Of a stretch of 64,000 bases of DNA, positions 39,320 to 53,700 are shown in pieces. The stretch's first letter is position 1. Every line of letters starts with the position of its first letter. Source of the stretch: Lama guanicoe (lineage: Eukaryota); contig MU053083.1 of NCBI GenBank assembly GCA_013239625.1, positions 1 to 64,000 on the forward strand. The letters run 5' to 3'. The translations under genes were made by a program, and so were the position numbers. The notes under the pieces are model-generated. The model had not been told where the DNA came from, ran no database searches, and worked only from the letters and a program-made list of their open reading frames with translations.

Positions 39320-39600
39320 ACCATTCCATTACTTGGTTACCACCAGCCTAAGTCATGCCCTGATTGGATCTTTCCTAGATTATTACTCCAGTAATAACTG
39401 CCTTACTCGACCTACATTCAGTCTTGCACATCACAGCATTCCTGCAAATCACAGCATTTCTAAGATGTAAGTCTGGCTGTCATTTCTTAATTTAAAATCC
39501 TTCAAATTCTCCTCATTGCTCATGGTAACATCCAAACCCCTCACGTGTAACAGACAAGGCCTGCAGGTGGGACCATGTCTGGCCCTCAGCTCTTCACCTG
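39320..39600 (+). mobile_element. L2 fragment
   Basis: ttctaagatgtaagtctggctgtcatttc...aaaatccttcaaattctcctcattgctc...atccaaacccctcac...caaggcctgca. Confidence 0.55.
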
Positions 39601-39739
39601 CCTTCCTCTCTGCAGGTGCCAGCTCTTCCCCAGTGGTGATGGAGCAGTACTGCAGACATTTCAGTGGAGCAGCGGGTGACAGTGCTGACATTCTAAAGTA
39701 TACAGTGCTCAGACAAGTCCATTTTTAAAGTTAAAACCT

Positions 39740-40540
39740 AACAAATAATTCACCAGCAATCACAGACAATTCACAAAATATAGATGACTAGTACACACAT
39801 GCAGAAAAATATCGAGCTCTGTGAATGATCAAAGAAAGTGAAATTCAAACAAAAATATTTTTCATGTATTAAGTAATCAAAGATTTTTAAATGTTAATCT
39901 ACGTTACTGACCAAAGAGCTGTGATGCATTAACAGTCACAGTGAGGGGCAGGGGGTACTGACCTGATTGGAGCACAAGGGAACTTTTGGGGGCAATTGGG
40001 GTGATAAAAATGTTCTGTACCTGTGGTGGTGAACACATGCAGTGTAATATTTATCAAAACCTCATTGAAATATACCCTTCAAATTGACATACCTTATTGT
40101 ACATAAACTCTAAGTAAAACATGAATTTAAAAAAATCATTAACCAGTATTAGGAGAACAAGCTGCATTGGTTGGGATGGAAGTGGGGGTGGGGTGATAAC
40201 ATAAATTGTTCTCATCTTTCTGAAAGCGAATTTACTGCTACCATTTAGGAAGACAAACTCTGAGATGGTAATTTTCCTTCTAGAATAGCATCCTAAGAAA
40301 ATCATGAATTCAAATATGTACATAGCGGGAAGCTATAGCTCAGTGGTAGAGTGCATGCTTAGCATGCACAAGGTCCTGGTTTCAATCTCCAGTAAAATAG
40401 ATGAATAAATAACCTCCTCTCAAAAAAAGAATTTTTAAAAAACCAAATATGTATGAACAATATTTGTCGCAGCAGTGATAGCAGCTAAAAAGTGGGGAAA
40501 AACCCAAAATATCCTGCAATAGGTGATTATCAGTCAAAGT
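39740..40540 (+). mobile_element. Old L1ME/L1MD fragments (host of the SINE below)
   Basis: gagcacaagggaacttttgggg...aaatgttctgtacc...ttatcaaaacctcattgaa...ttattgtacataaact; further degenerate L1 3' sequence on both sides. Confidence 0.55.
40325..40443 (+). mobile_element. tRNA-Ala-derived SINE (Vic-1-like, camelid)
   Basis: Head tatagctcagtggtagagtgcatgcttagcatgcacaaggtcctggtttcaatctccag with A box, degenerate B box and AGC anticodon loop; A-rich tail; TSD caaatatgta at 40311-40320 and 40444-40453. Confidence 0.85.
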
Positions 40541-41130
40541 CTGATTCATCTGCATGGGGGCCACTGCCAGCCCGGGGGCGCCTTTGTGTGAATTGGAAAA
40601 AGCTGTCCCCTCTGGGGTGAACACTCCCTCCCAGACTTAAGGGGGACATCAACTACATTCTAGTCCCACGTGTCCCCTCACCTGGGCACCTGTGCAGTCC
40701 CGAGGCCAGAAGCAGCACATCTGATCCACGCGCTGGTCCGTGAGGCAGAACAGTGGCCCGGGGAGATGTTAAATGCCAAATGGGAAGTTAAATGACAAGC
40801 ACCGCTATAATTTTATATATAATTCTACTTTCCTCCAAAAATGTAGAATTGCTGAGGAAATGGACCACATGTCCCAGTGTAACTGGTGGTTAGTCGGAGC
40901 GATAGACTCACGGGTGACTTTCTTTTTCACACCTGCTTTTTCCAAATTTTCTTGCTTTTGGTACTTTTTCTCATTATGAAAAGATGCATTCTTACTGTCC
41001 TAATTTAATAGGACTCTTGCCGTGCTGATACCTGCAACAGTGGTCTCTGGGCACAAGAGCAGATGGGACTTCTGTGCTGGAGTTAAGGGTGGAGCTGGGT
41101 GGGAGCAGAGGATGCAGGCAGCCTTGCTGA

Positions 41131-41334
<204 letters not shown>

Positions 41335-41772
41335 TAGCTCTGCCCTGACCTTGGTTTCCTGGTGGTGCCCCAGCTTTAGGCAGATGCTCCCCACTGCACA
41401 GAAGGAGGTCTGAATCGGGGCAGCTGAGTCTAGGGGGTTAGTGATCCTCCCCCTTTGACTCCTGCTCCTTCTGAGCCTGAGCTTCTGGGGTGTCTGAGTA
41501 ATTGCAAGCCAGGTGTGAGGCTTCCTGCGCTTGGTTGGGGTATGACAGCGCAGGTGATTATTAGTGTCCTAGGGAGGGGTTCACATGGGAGTGAGGATCA
41601 CCTAACTGAGCTTTGCTTTTCTGCATTGTGACTGTGCCTTGTGCCCAAACCTTTCCTGCCAAGGATGCACCATCCGCTAGGACTCAGGACCTGTGTGGGC
41701 GAAGCTCAGGGGAGTTGAATGTTAAGGTGTGTCTGCAGTTCACTAACCTTGCCCTTTCACTTCCTGCACTAG

Positions 41773-42033
<261 letters not shown>

Positions 42034-45000
42034 TAGTTGGCCTTTAGTTTGCTAAGAGAAGCATTGGTGTCTATTCCGCGTACTAGAAGGTAACACATTG
42101 AGCGTGACTGGCAGGTATTGCTGCGCTGGTGAACATGTGCCTCTTTGGCAGAGACGGAGTGTTATGGATTGGCATGATGTGGTGGTCATGTGGATTTGGA
42201 GCTTCCGATCTCCTAGGTGCCGAGAGGACCCCGTCTTCTAGACAGTTCTCCCGAGAGGGAGGGTCAAGAGCCCAGGATCATCTTTGCCATCCCAACTCCA
42301 GCAGTGCTGGAAATGCTAATCAAAAGATGTGGAAGCCACGTGGTTCTTGTTATTGAAAGGGAAGAAGCCAGTTGCTTTTCTCTTCTGGTTTCCTGTGTCT
42401 TACCTGTAGAGGATGGCTTGTGGCGTGGTGGTTTGGGAAGAGCCAGTATTTCCCTTCCAGAAGGACTCTCTTCATTTCATTGCCATTGAAACTGAAAAGG
42501 AACAATTAATGAAGCAGTGGAAGACAAAGTGAAAACACACTGAAATCCACAGCACTTTTATCTGATGGCTTTCAGCATGTTTTCAGATCTGAGGGCTTCA
42601 TCCAGAGTCAGACCCAGGAAGGGCTGACTCCTCAGTGTGGCAGGTGTGTGCCTTGTCTTGCCCCACCTGTGAGTTGTAGTAAAGGTGATAGCCCAATTGT
42701 CCCTGCCTTGAGTGGCACTGGCTAAATGACAGAAGTCACAGCCCAGGCCCTCGGGCCTCCTCCTGGTGTTCACCAGTCACTCGTTCTCTCGTTTGGTGTC
42801 CACTACCAACAGCTCCCTTCCAGTGCTCAGGAGGAACGCACTCCCCTTCCTTTTGTCTCTTTTGTGATCCTCTCCGTAACCTTCTCCTCCAGCTCCACAC
42901 CCACCAACCCAAAGACGACATAGTATCCTCTGTCCAACCCCAGCTCTGGGCCGCTGAGCCAGCGAAGCTCCCCAGGCCCTGGCTCCTGGGGGCTTCCAGC
43001 TCCTCGCTCCCTACCCAGTGGTGAAGGCCAGGGTCGTGTGTACCAGGCTCTGAGGGGCATGTGAGGCAGGCGGCTTGTCCTGCCCTGCTCTGCCTGGCCC
43101 TGTGATGGAGCGCTGACTGTAAAGCACAGCCCCGGAGGCCTGGCCTCTCCGTTGGTGCTTGTACACCTCTGCAGGAACGCTTCGGTGCCTCGGGGGATTG
43201 ATTCTGTAAATTGGGGAGCTGCCTGATTTTCATTGATTTACCCTGCCTTTGATAGACAAACTGGGCCACTTGTGGGTTTGTTTTGCCTCATGTTTTGAGG
43301 TTCTCAGAGGTGCCACTACCCAAGGGAACATGTCCCAGGAATGTCAAGTCACAACAGTGAGAACAGTCATCCCAGTGCACAGATACAGAGACCACAGACT
43401 GCTGTCTAGAGGGTGAACCCAGGCCACTGGGTGGGGCTGGAGCTGGGGTGGGGAGACCCTGAGCAGTGCGGGGCTGGGGAGCAGGTGGTTGCAGGAGTGG
43501 TGATCAGGTGCTTAGCAGGGTGGTAGAAAAGCAGGCAGTGGTGGCAGGGAGGCCCAAGGTGCAAGTACGCAGGAGTTTTCAAAGTAACGTCCCCAGCGCT
43601 GGATATTCCCGAAGCAGTAGGGATCCCAGACCTTCCAGTTCTCAGTCTTCCCACCAAGTGAACACTTCCTGCTTCACTTCCAGGAAGCTAAGGGGAAATA
43701 AAACCCAGCTGTGTCTATATGGATGGTCTCTGCCTTAGGCTCTGTGGAACCTTCTGTTTGGGTCTGTATAAAATTAGATGATTAAGATTGCATCTAACTC
43801 AGACTCCTGCTGGGCACCCAGAATGTATTATGCACCTACTGTATGTCTGGTGTTGAGAGGGAACCCCTTAGGAGAGGAGGCAAGGATCTCCCTGCCAGCC
43901 AGAGAAGGGTAAAGAGGGACGGAATCGTGTTGGGAAGAGTGTGGCCTGAGTGGGGGGTTGGGGCCCGTGGACAGCTATGGGTAGGGACCAGGGCCTGTGT
44001 TCGGAGGTCAAGGTCCCAGAGCAGGCTGGAAGAGGCCTAGGCCGTAGCCCAAGGGCAGCAGAGTGACAGCTAAGCAGCATCGAGGGCAGGGCACACCAAG
44101 TCAGAGAGACTGCCGGGCTGCATGCAGAGTGTGATCTGATACAGCGTCGAGTAACAGATGGATTTTAAACCAACAGTTATCACTTTTGTCGAAAGTCATG
44201 ACACCACACCCTTAAATAGGGTGCATTTTACTGTATGGAGTTTATAGTGTAATAAACCTGACTTTAAAGACTAAGGCAACCTGCTGCCCTCTGGAAGCAC
44301 CCATGGCTCTGACCTGAGCAGGTTAAGGATTCCTATGGAGTTGGTCGCAACTGGGCAGCTTGGCGTTTCTCAGGAGCCATCCTGTTGGATGTGGAGCTGC
44401 CTCAGACATGCTCAGGTAGACTCTGCAGAGTGAGAAAGAATCAGGAGAATGAAATGTGCAGCAGAATGAAAGCAGGCTGCAGGTGGTGGGGGTTGAATAC
44501 CCTTCTGTTTCCTTACCTGGGTCCCGCCTGCTCTCATGAGAGCTGACTCTGTGTTAAGACCAGTGGTTTGTGGTTTTTGAACACACTGCCTAAGAGGCTA
44601 CTGTTTGCGAACAGGTTTGAAGGCTGCAGGGGTGGGAGGAGAGGTGGCTTTCTCACATTCATCCCCCCCATAAACCCTGAGTTCCCTCATAACCACCTGA
44701 CCCCTAGCCCCTCAGCATGCCCCCAAGATGCTCTCCCATGATAACAGGGAAATGGAAACACTGAGAAGAGAGTGTTAGGCGGGAGAAAGCATCCCCAGCA
44801 CTGCTGTGTAAGCAGGGGTTGCAGGAGGGGGCAGTGTTCTGGGCAAAGGGAATGTCACATTCGCAGAACTTGAAATAGTCCGATTTGTCTGGAGCCCGTG
44901 GTGGTGGCAGGTGAGAGTGGGAAGCAGGAACCACCGGGAATGGGAGGCCTGCCTTGCCTGCCCAGAGAAGACGTCTTTGGGAGGGTGTGAAGCAGGGGAG

Positions 45001-45094
45001 AGATGTGATCGGGTGGGCCTCATTTTTGGACGAATCTCCCTGACAACCGGGTGAAAGGTCAGTTGGACAGAGAGACTGGAGTAAGCAGAGCTCA

Positions 45095-45280
45095 CATATT
45101 TAAAATATACAAATCAGTGTGTTTTAGTATATTCAGAGTTGGGCATCCATCACCACTACAATCGATTTTACAGCATCCTCATCTGCAGTCACTCTCCGTC
45201 CCCCCACAGCCGTAGGCCACCACTCATCCACTTCCTTTCTCTCTAGATTTGCCTATTCTGGACATTTCACATAGATGGGG
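45095..45280 (-). mobile_element. L1MB-like 3' fragment
   Basis: gttttagtatattcagagttg...ccatcaccactaca...tagatttgcctattctggacatttcacataga. Confidence 0.7.
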
Positions 45281-45659
45281 CCTGCACTTCTTGATGTGAC
45301 CGGTGGCCAGCAGAGCAGGTCAGAGGGACTAGACCTCTGAGGGACGGTACCCAGCTAGACGAGGACAGAGCTGGGGTTCAGGCTCCTGGTCCGGTGCCCT
45401 CTGCACATTATTTTGAGAGGAGAGTAAGGAAGCTTGCAGGAAGCCACTTATAGATTCTTTTTTTTTTTTCAAGGATTTGATTCACTGCATATTCTAGAGC
45501 TACTGATAGCCACAATCTAGATTTTATCATAATACAAGATTGGCGTTCTGTCTCCTATGCCTGTTTTAAATCTACTTTTATGTAAATATTTTTGGAAGTG
45601 AGTGCCTTCCACCCAACCCTGCCTCTGTGGCTACCTTTAAAACTGTTGTCAGGCAGGAG

Positions 45660-45900
45660 AGTGTCATAGCAAGGAACACATGCTCCTGAGCCAGCCTGGC
45701 GTGGTTTGAACCCCAGCTCTGCTACTTCCCAGCTGTGTGACCTCAGGCAAGTTACCTAACCTCTCTGTCTCAGTTTCTTCAGCTGTAAAATGTGTATAAC
45801 CATAGTCCATAGCTCACAGGATTATTGCGGGGATTAAATGAGTTAATACATCTAAAATGAATAGAAATCTGCCTGGCAGTAAGTTTCTTAGTATTATCTG
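45660..45900 (+). mobile_element. MIR SINE
   Basis: gtttgaaccccagctctgctacttcccagctgtgtgacctcaggcaagttacctaacctctctgtctcagtttcttcagctgtaaaatg...ggattaaatgagttaata. Confidence 0.85.
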
Positions 45901-47546
45901 AGATTCTTAGTTGTTGTGAATTCTTGCCAGCCCTTATTTTTAGTCGAGGGTGGGCATAAGAAGAGAGATTGACCCTTGTCAGGAAATATGTATACACATA
46001 ACCTTCATTCTCAGTCTCCTTTGCTCTTTGATGCAAGTCTGAATCAGAGAATATGTAGGATTATGGAGTCTGCTAACGTCAAGATGAGATGATTTTGATA
46101 CTGACAACTGTAAGAGTTGACCTGGATGGGGCTCTTCCTCATGGCCTGGCCCTTCCTGTCCTGTCTGCTCCGGTTCTGCCAGTCCTGGGTCCACTGTGTT
46201 CCTGTCCTCCAGCCTCACTTCCTGACAGCCTGGCCAGGCTGGCCTCTTGCTTCTCCTGTACCTGGTGTTTCTAAGCCAGGATTCTTGGAGAGAAATATAA
46301 AACAGAATATATTTTAAAATGCTGAATTAAATACATTTTATTTTGTCTGCCCAATACAATTAATAGCCTGCTTTAAGAAAGGGTTTTCTTTAAAAATCTA
46401 TGGTACTTAGCGCTGGATACTCAATACTAGTTACGCTAAACTGAATATTGAGAAAAATCTGCTTACAAAGTCTTTGAGAAATTTGTTCTCAAGTGTGTAA
46501 GCATTTTCCGTATGGCACAGGTTTTATTAATTTACTAAACAAAGCCCCTTTTAAATGGCCAGTGCCAGGGTCACCTTCAACCCTACCTCATCCAGTTAGT
46601 GGCCCGTAACTGAGAAAGGGTTGTGTGCAGTGATGCTTAAGGATGACGTGGGGGAGCATCTTCCCATCAGAAGAGGTGCCGTCATCTTTGATAATCTGAG
46701 TGGTGATTACCGTGACTCTGTGTTGTGTTTGAATAAAGAAAGATGCTTTTTCACTTTTGAGGCCATCTCTGAAGATATTGAAAGAGGCTGTCCTTCAGAA
46801 TTCTTAATATAGTAAAATCTCTAAATTTAAATCAGCCACTAGGTACTTAGTACCCAAGGCATGGTTGGAACCCAATTTTAAGTTCTTTGAGGGGCAGGAA
46901 TAAAGCAGTAAGGCAGACTTCTTAAACCCTACAAGCTTACTTATAGTTTATAGAGAAAAGACAATGCACAAAATCCAAATGATGAACAATATTAGACAGT
47001 GTGTGTGTCAGAGCTAAACTGGAGGAATTCCAGCATAAGATCAAGAGCAATCAGGAAAGGCTCCAGAGAAAAGGATGGACTTGAACTGAGCCCAGACGCT
47101 GGTATTTAGATGAGCTTAGAGAGAGTGTGCGTCTCCTGCTGCCAGAGTTGCCTGGAGTGAGCGGAGGCTTGGCTCTGGTGGTGGATGTGTTGTGTTCATG
47201 GCACTGAAGTCACTGCCCCCTCAAAGGGGAAAAAGATTTATCCTGTGGGTTGTGACCCTGCTTCTGTGACCTTGGCCTCCATCCTTATCCTCTCTCAACT
47301 CTTCCAACATCTGCCAACCAGCAGGTTCTTTGAGGCTGAGTGGATGCCACAGGAGCCAGCCCACAGGGTATGTGGAGAGCACACAGGTGGGATCCTAAGT
47401 GTCCACAGTTGCACCTGCTTTCCATGTCCAGTTAGGTCCACGTCTGGGCACTGAATCCAGCCTCACGACATCAGCTCCATCACTCTGCCTCGACTCTTGG
47501 CTTCCTTTTTCCTCTTCACAAAGCACCTGGTTGTGTGGATCCACAG

Positions 47547-47669
47547 GTCCCCAAAGGAACTGACCAGAACTGGGCTCAGAAGCTCTATGACCGGCACTCC
47601 GGCAGCCAGCACTTCCAGAAACCCCGCATGTCCAACACAGCCTTCATTGTCGTCCACTTTGCAGATAAG
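47547..47669 (+). CDS. MYO5B: MYO5B exon 13 (123 nt): [41 protein letters not shown]
   Basis: Acceptor ggatccacag, donor AAG|gtgggt; continues the frame of exon 12. Confidence 0.95.
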
Positions 47670-47917
47670 GTGGGTCTCCTCTTGATGGGCTCTGCATTCC
47701 ATGAGCCTCGCTTGAGGTGGACTCAGGGTCCCTGGGCAAGAAGGAGCTAACCTTTGAATTCAAGCGGCCTGTAGTCTCTTAGGTGGGGACTTGTCTGCCC
47801 TCCTGGAGCTTGAGAAAGAAAAGGAAAGAGTGGCTTCTTCATCAGATGGCTCCTTTCCCAGCCACTGGTGGAAACTTAGAATTTCTCTGTGTGGATTTGA
47901 GTTCTGTGTGCACTAGC

Positions 47918-48030
47918 CCAGTGCTTCACACATTTTCCTGTGCATGCAAGTCACCTGGGGTCTTGCTCAAAGGCAAGTTCTAATTCAGTAGATTTAGGGT
48001 GTGGTTGACAAGCTGCATTTAGAGCACCCA
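47918..48030. mobile_element. MER5-family MITE fragment
   Basis: cagtgcttcaca...gtcacctggggtcttgctcaaa...ttctaattcagtagatttagggtg...ctgcattt. Confidence 0.55.
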
Positions 48031-48202
48031 GAGGAAGCTTTCGATTAAACGCCATCTTATGAGAACTCCTTTTTAATACTATATGGTTTTTCTCAGCTCC
48101 TTCTACGTAAATCCTGATCACGTCTTGGGTTTGCATTTTAAATGAGAGCATCTTTGGGTTTCCCATGTACTCACGACTCTTAAGAAAACAGTATATGTTT
48201 GA

Positions 48203-48691
<489 letters not shown>

Positions 48692-50235
48692 TAGGTCCCC
48701 TGTCCTCCGTTTCCGACCAGCAGGTGTGAAAGCACTTGAAACGCTTCCAACCCTAGAATGAGTGCATTTAATTTCTGCTTAGTAGTGATTGGAACCTCCC
48801 TATAGGCAAAAACTTAATTGGATTAGAAAATAGGATTTAAGGACACTTAAATCGACTATTTTGGATGGTTACCTTCTCTTACCTGCAGAATTTCAGTTAT
48901 TTCCTTTTCATGAGCATAACAGAAAGATAGCAAATGTTGTGTCCATTCCATAGATAGAGGGAACAAGGCACCGATTCACCTAAACAAGGGTTTATTAAGC
49001 ACCTGCCTTGTGAGGCACTGCCCCCACACACACCGGCGTGGTACAAAGGCGAGTGAGATCGATTCTACCCCCTAGGTGTTTACATTCTAGTGGGCTATGA
49101 GTGGGCAGAAGAACAAACATACAGTAACTGGAAAGAGATGGGGTGTGGGCAGAGGAAGCACGGTCACCCCCGACCTGAAGCCTGCTCGCTGATGCACCCA
49201 TGCAGATGCCGCTGCTGGCTTCAGCCCTTCGCAGCAAACCCAGAAAAGGACTCTCTGGGAGTTAGGAGGCTTTCTCCCCCACCAAATGATGCTGAGCTCA
49301 CTGCAGGGGCCTGGTAACACTAGGAAGGCAAACTGATTTCTCCTTGTGATAAGCTTTAGATGAATGCAGTAGGGTGAGGAGAGAATACACCCAGCAAAAT
49401 GGACCAAAACACCTAAAGGCAAGTAAACCCTACTAAGTCACATGGCTCCAAAGCAAGGGGTTTGGGAGGATCTGAGTCAGAACCAGCATGTGGGCGGCCT
49501 GGGGCAGACCCCAGCCCAGTGTCATCTCCGGGTATTTGGCACATCAGGAAATTAGTTTTCACTGAGACAAGTTGGCTCTGGGTAAATGTGCATGTCATTT
49601 TGGAGTTGGGTGCAAGATTAACCCCTCAGCCTGCCAAGTGTTCAGCCCTCTAGTCTCTGGTGGTTAACGTGACTTTCCATTCTTGGCAAGGATGGAAGGG
49701 GACAGGAAAAGAGACACCACCACAGGAAGAGAGTAGAAGTGGGTGGTTTGAGCACGTTTCCTCATCGTGTGTGTCTTAGAAGATAGAGGCCTGTGATCTC
49801 CTGAAAGTGTGACAGTGGCCTTAGAGGGCTGAGAAACTTTATTGTCTTGTTATAAATTTCTCCTTTCAGGTAGGAGCACAAAATGAGGGGCTCGGGTAGA
49901 CAGTCTGGGATGCTCCGTTAAATGCAGAATTTGGTTCTGCCATTGATTATTGTCTTAATTTGAGTGTCTCTCAGTGAACCCAGAATCTAAAAGGGAATCT
50001 CTCACACTCTCTCTAGCAGATCATCTTTGATTAGTCAGTGAGTTTTTCCTTATCTTTATTTAATAAACGTTATTGAATGTTTGTGTGGTTTATAGGGATA
50101 AGAAGTACATATAGCTAACCTCATGAAACTTAGAGTCTAGGGAAGAGATACACAGTTTAATCATAAATTTTGGTAATGCTGTGAAGGTAAAGAAGGTATT
50201 CTCGACCAGGATAATATGGACAAAAGTTATAGGGA

Positions 50236-50767
50236 TGTGCTGGGAGTCCCTGAGATCACCCCCAAATTGAACCATTTGCTAGGAAGACTGAGAACTCAGC
50301 AGACAGTCATCCTCATAGCTGTGATTTATTACAACAAAAGGATACAAAGCAAAGGGAAAAGGTGCATGGGGCCAAGTCCAGGGGAAACCAGGTGCAGACT
50401 TGCAGAGTCCTCCCCAGGGGAGTCGCACTGAATGCTGAATTCCCGCATTGAGTTATGACAGTACCTGTGAACTGTCCGCCAGGACAGCTCGCCTGAGCCT
50501 AGGTGTCCAGGGTTCCCACTGGGAGTCAGGTATGTGGGCACCCTTTGCCTGGCACATACCAGAATTCCAGACTCCCAACAGGCAAGCATGTGTTCAGCAT
50601 AAACCATATTGTTTGCATAAACAGGCACAGTGAACTATTCTTATCAGGGATTGTGGAAAACTCCCCCCGAAAAGCATGTTTCCAGACACCAGCCAAGGGT
50701 CAACCTTGTAAGCAGGTCTTTCCAAAGATGGCAGTCTCAGGCCTGCAGTGTGGCTGTTTTCTAAACA
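50236..50767 (-). mobile_element. Solo ERVL-class LTR (MER68/MER77/MER21 group)
   Basis: TG...CA ends; gtgatttattaca.caaaaggatacaaagcaaagggaaaaggtgcatgggg...ccagacaccagccaagggtcaaccttgtaagcaggtctttc...gcagtctcaggcctgc. Confidence 0.7.
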
Positions 50768-53700
50768 GGAGCATCATCTTAGGTTGGGAGTACTGGATCT
50801 TTATTAGAAATGAAATACAGGCTCATAAAAATTCAAATAGTATGGAAATACATAAAAAAAAAGTATTCTCTCCCACTCCTGACCCATCTTTTCATGAATT
50901 CCCATTCTGATTATAAAAACATACTGGTACATCTTTTTAAGATCGAAATGGATTCTATTTTATGTAGTCCTCCCTAATTTTTCACTTACCATTATGTCTT
51001 GGCTATCTTGCCAGATAAATACATGTCCACTTCTTTTCTTTTTCTTATTTTGAACAGCTGCTGGTATTTTGCTAGTTCAAATAATACTGCAAAGAATGCC
51101 CTTTACCTATTGCTTTGCTTACTTGCATAGTCATGTCTGTCGGTAAATTTTTAGAAGTGGAATTGAAGGGTCAAACAGTGTGCACTTCAAGTCTATAGTT
51201 TTGCTAAATTGGGGTGTCAAATACGTCTGTTATCTCCTTTTAAAAGGTACCGACTCCCTTCCCTTCCCTGCCCACCTGCCACAAACCTAGCCTTCCCCTC
51301 CACCAACTTAACATTTCTAAAGAACCAAAATGACCTTGTTGCCAGTGCCTCCTGCCCCCATTGCAGCAAGCCCTCGGAGGTGTGGTGCTGGTGGCCAGCA
51401 GCACTCAGATTAACCAGGAGGGATTTCTAGGCCTACAGACCGTCACAGGAGAAGGGCTGAGAATGCTGCACCCTGGACCCACTGCAGCCCGTTTCACACA
51501 TCCCAGAAGATGGAAAGCAAAGATGGGCACTAGGTCACTAAAACACTTACAGATAGGATCTACACAGACTGCAGCTACAAATCAGAGAGTGATTGGAAAT
51601 GTGCTTTAAATCGTTTGGACAGATGGCAACATCTGTCATGGTAGCATTTTTAAAGCTCATAGTTTACTGAGCCTCTATCATTTTCTTTAAATTTTTTTCA
51701 CGGCAGTCCCACAAGGTTCATGTAAGATGCATTTAAAAGCAAAGAGAAAAATAAAGACCTGGAAAGATAAAAGGCTCTATGTTATCAAGTTAACGCCCAG
51801 TTTTTTTTATTGGTTCTCTCCTCCCTAAGCATGGTTAAACCTTACATCCTATATATGAATTCAGTTTTTTTTGAAGAAATTTTTGAGATGGGGAGATCTG
51901 TTAGCTTTTTTCTTTTGTGTGGCAGCTCTGATAAAAAAAAATTAAGAAAGCATCATGAATAATTAAGCTGCGTGGGATGGAAGACTCCCATGTATCCTAT
52001 CAGTCAAAGGGGTGTTTGAAGAACTCCCACCAAGAGCAGTGAAATAAAACGGTGTTAATGAGAATGTAATTAGTAAAGCCAGTTACACTGCCTAAGAGGC
52101 TGTAATACAGCTAATTGCTTTCTCAGCTATCAGAGAGCTATAAATAGAGACTTAAGTAAAGAAATGCCTCTTTACAATGTGACTTCAAGTTACTAACACT
52201 GATTTGTTTTAGATAGTAAAGATGGGGGGGTCCCTTGTTAATGTTTATTGTAAAAAGCAATAATTTATCAGTCTGGAAGAAAGATCTCAAAAGGAGGATT
52301 TTTTCCTCTGGAGATATCCTATTCCAGGGTAGCACTGTCTGTCCGAGGGATGAGCAGTGGGTCCAGGGTATATGCCAGTAGGTGCTGGGCAGCGAGGGCT
52401 GTGCTGGGCCGTGTTCCTCTGCTGGCAGTCCTGATGCCATCTCTCCACGCCATCCCTGCAGAAGGGATCTCAAGAGTGGTACAGTCCAGAGGCCAGGTAG
52501 ACCGTATTGGTCCTGAGCTGCCTCCCCTGGGCTGGGACAATCCCTGGCATCCAGGAGTCAGGATGAAGTAGCTCAGACAAAGTCTAAACATGCTCTGCCC
52601 CCATCTCCTTTCTCCCTCGACTTCAACTCATCAGGGATGACTGTGTATACGTTCCATTGCTTTACACACTGCTAGGTTCCTTATAGGTTACACACACATT
52701 CCATTTTGAGCAAATACATTTATGTTTTTTTACTTTTTTATATATATAAAACAGCTGTTGAATAGACACACTGTGTAACATTTGCTTTTAAATGATTTGG
52801 GGGTGCTTCCTGTTTAAAATCAGTTTGTGCTGGTAGTTAAAAAGCCTCTACCAATATTTAGAATAAATAGGTAACTATGTAAGAGAGAACTTTAGTCAAT
52901 AAAACAATACACTCATCCTCTGCAATACAGAAAAGTCCCCTCTTTCCTTCTTTAAAAAAAGTGAAGTGCTAAGACTTTTCCTCCAAATCCCCTTTAAAAC
53001 TGTTTGAAACAAAGTATTTCTTACCTAAAAGTTCAAGATTATTTTTCCCAAAGGGTCAACATTTACCATGTAAAAGAATTGATTGAAAAGAAAATGTATT
53101 TTTTATTATGTTTACAGCCAGAGCTTTTAAAGATAAGATTCTAGGCAAGAGATTCCAATCAAACGGTTATTATCGTGCATTTTGTTTTAGTTTCACATGT
53201 CTGATATAAAGAAATTTTACATTCATCTGAACAGAACTGAATAGTCGTGATTTCCAAGCTAACAACTATGTGTACAGCTGTAATTGACATTTTTCTGAAA
53301 CTGTCAAGTGGTCTTTAGAAAGTTTTCATATTTCTTTTAATTCCTTTTCAAATAGATCTACCTCAGGCTTTTAAAATCTATATATAGACTTGAATAGTAG
53401 AGAACACCAAAGCCAGTACCTATGGACACTTTGAAAATAAGTGACAAACAGTATCAGGGAAGTGCCTGGTTTGTCTGCAGGTATTATCGAAGTGCTTTCA
53501 AGATTGAAGGGAGCAAATTTCTAGAAAGGCCCAGGTGGACCCTGTTTCCTGGGGCTGCCCTAAGATGAATTGTAGTGCTTCCCTTATGGGTCAGCCAGCT
53601 GATGAATAGACTTTCTAATAGCTCTAAAAGCATAACTGAGTTAGTCAATTAAAGAAAAAACAGCTTTCTCTCACTCAGAAATGTGTTCTTTTGCGTGAAT

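Noticed and set aside
40325..40395. Functional tRNA-Ala(AGC) gene
   Set aside because: The acceptor stem 3' half is missing, the B box and anticodon stem are mutated, and an A-rich tail plus TSD show it is a SINE
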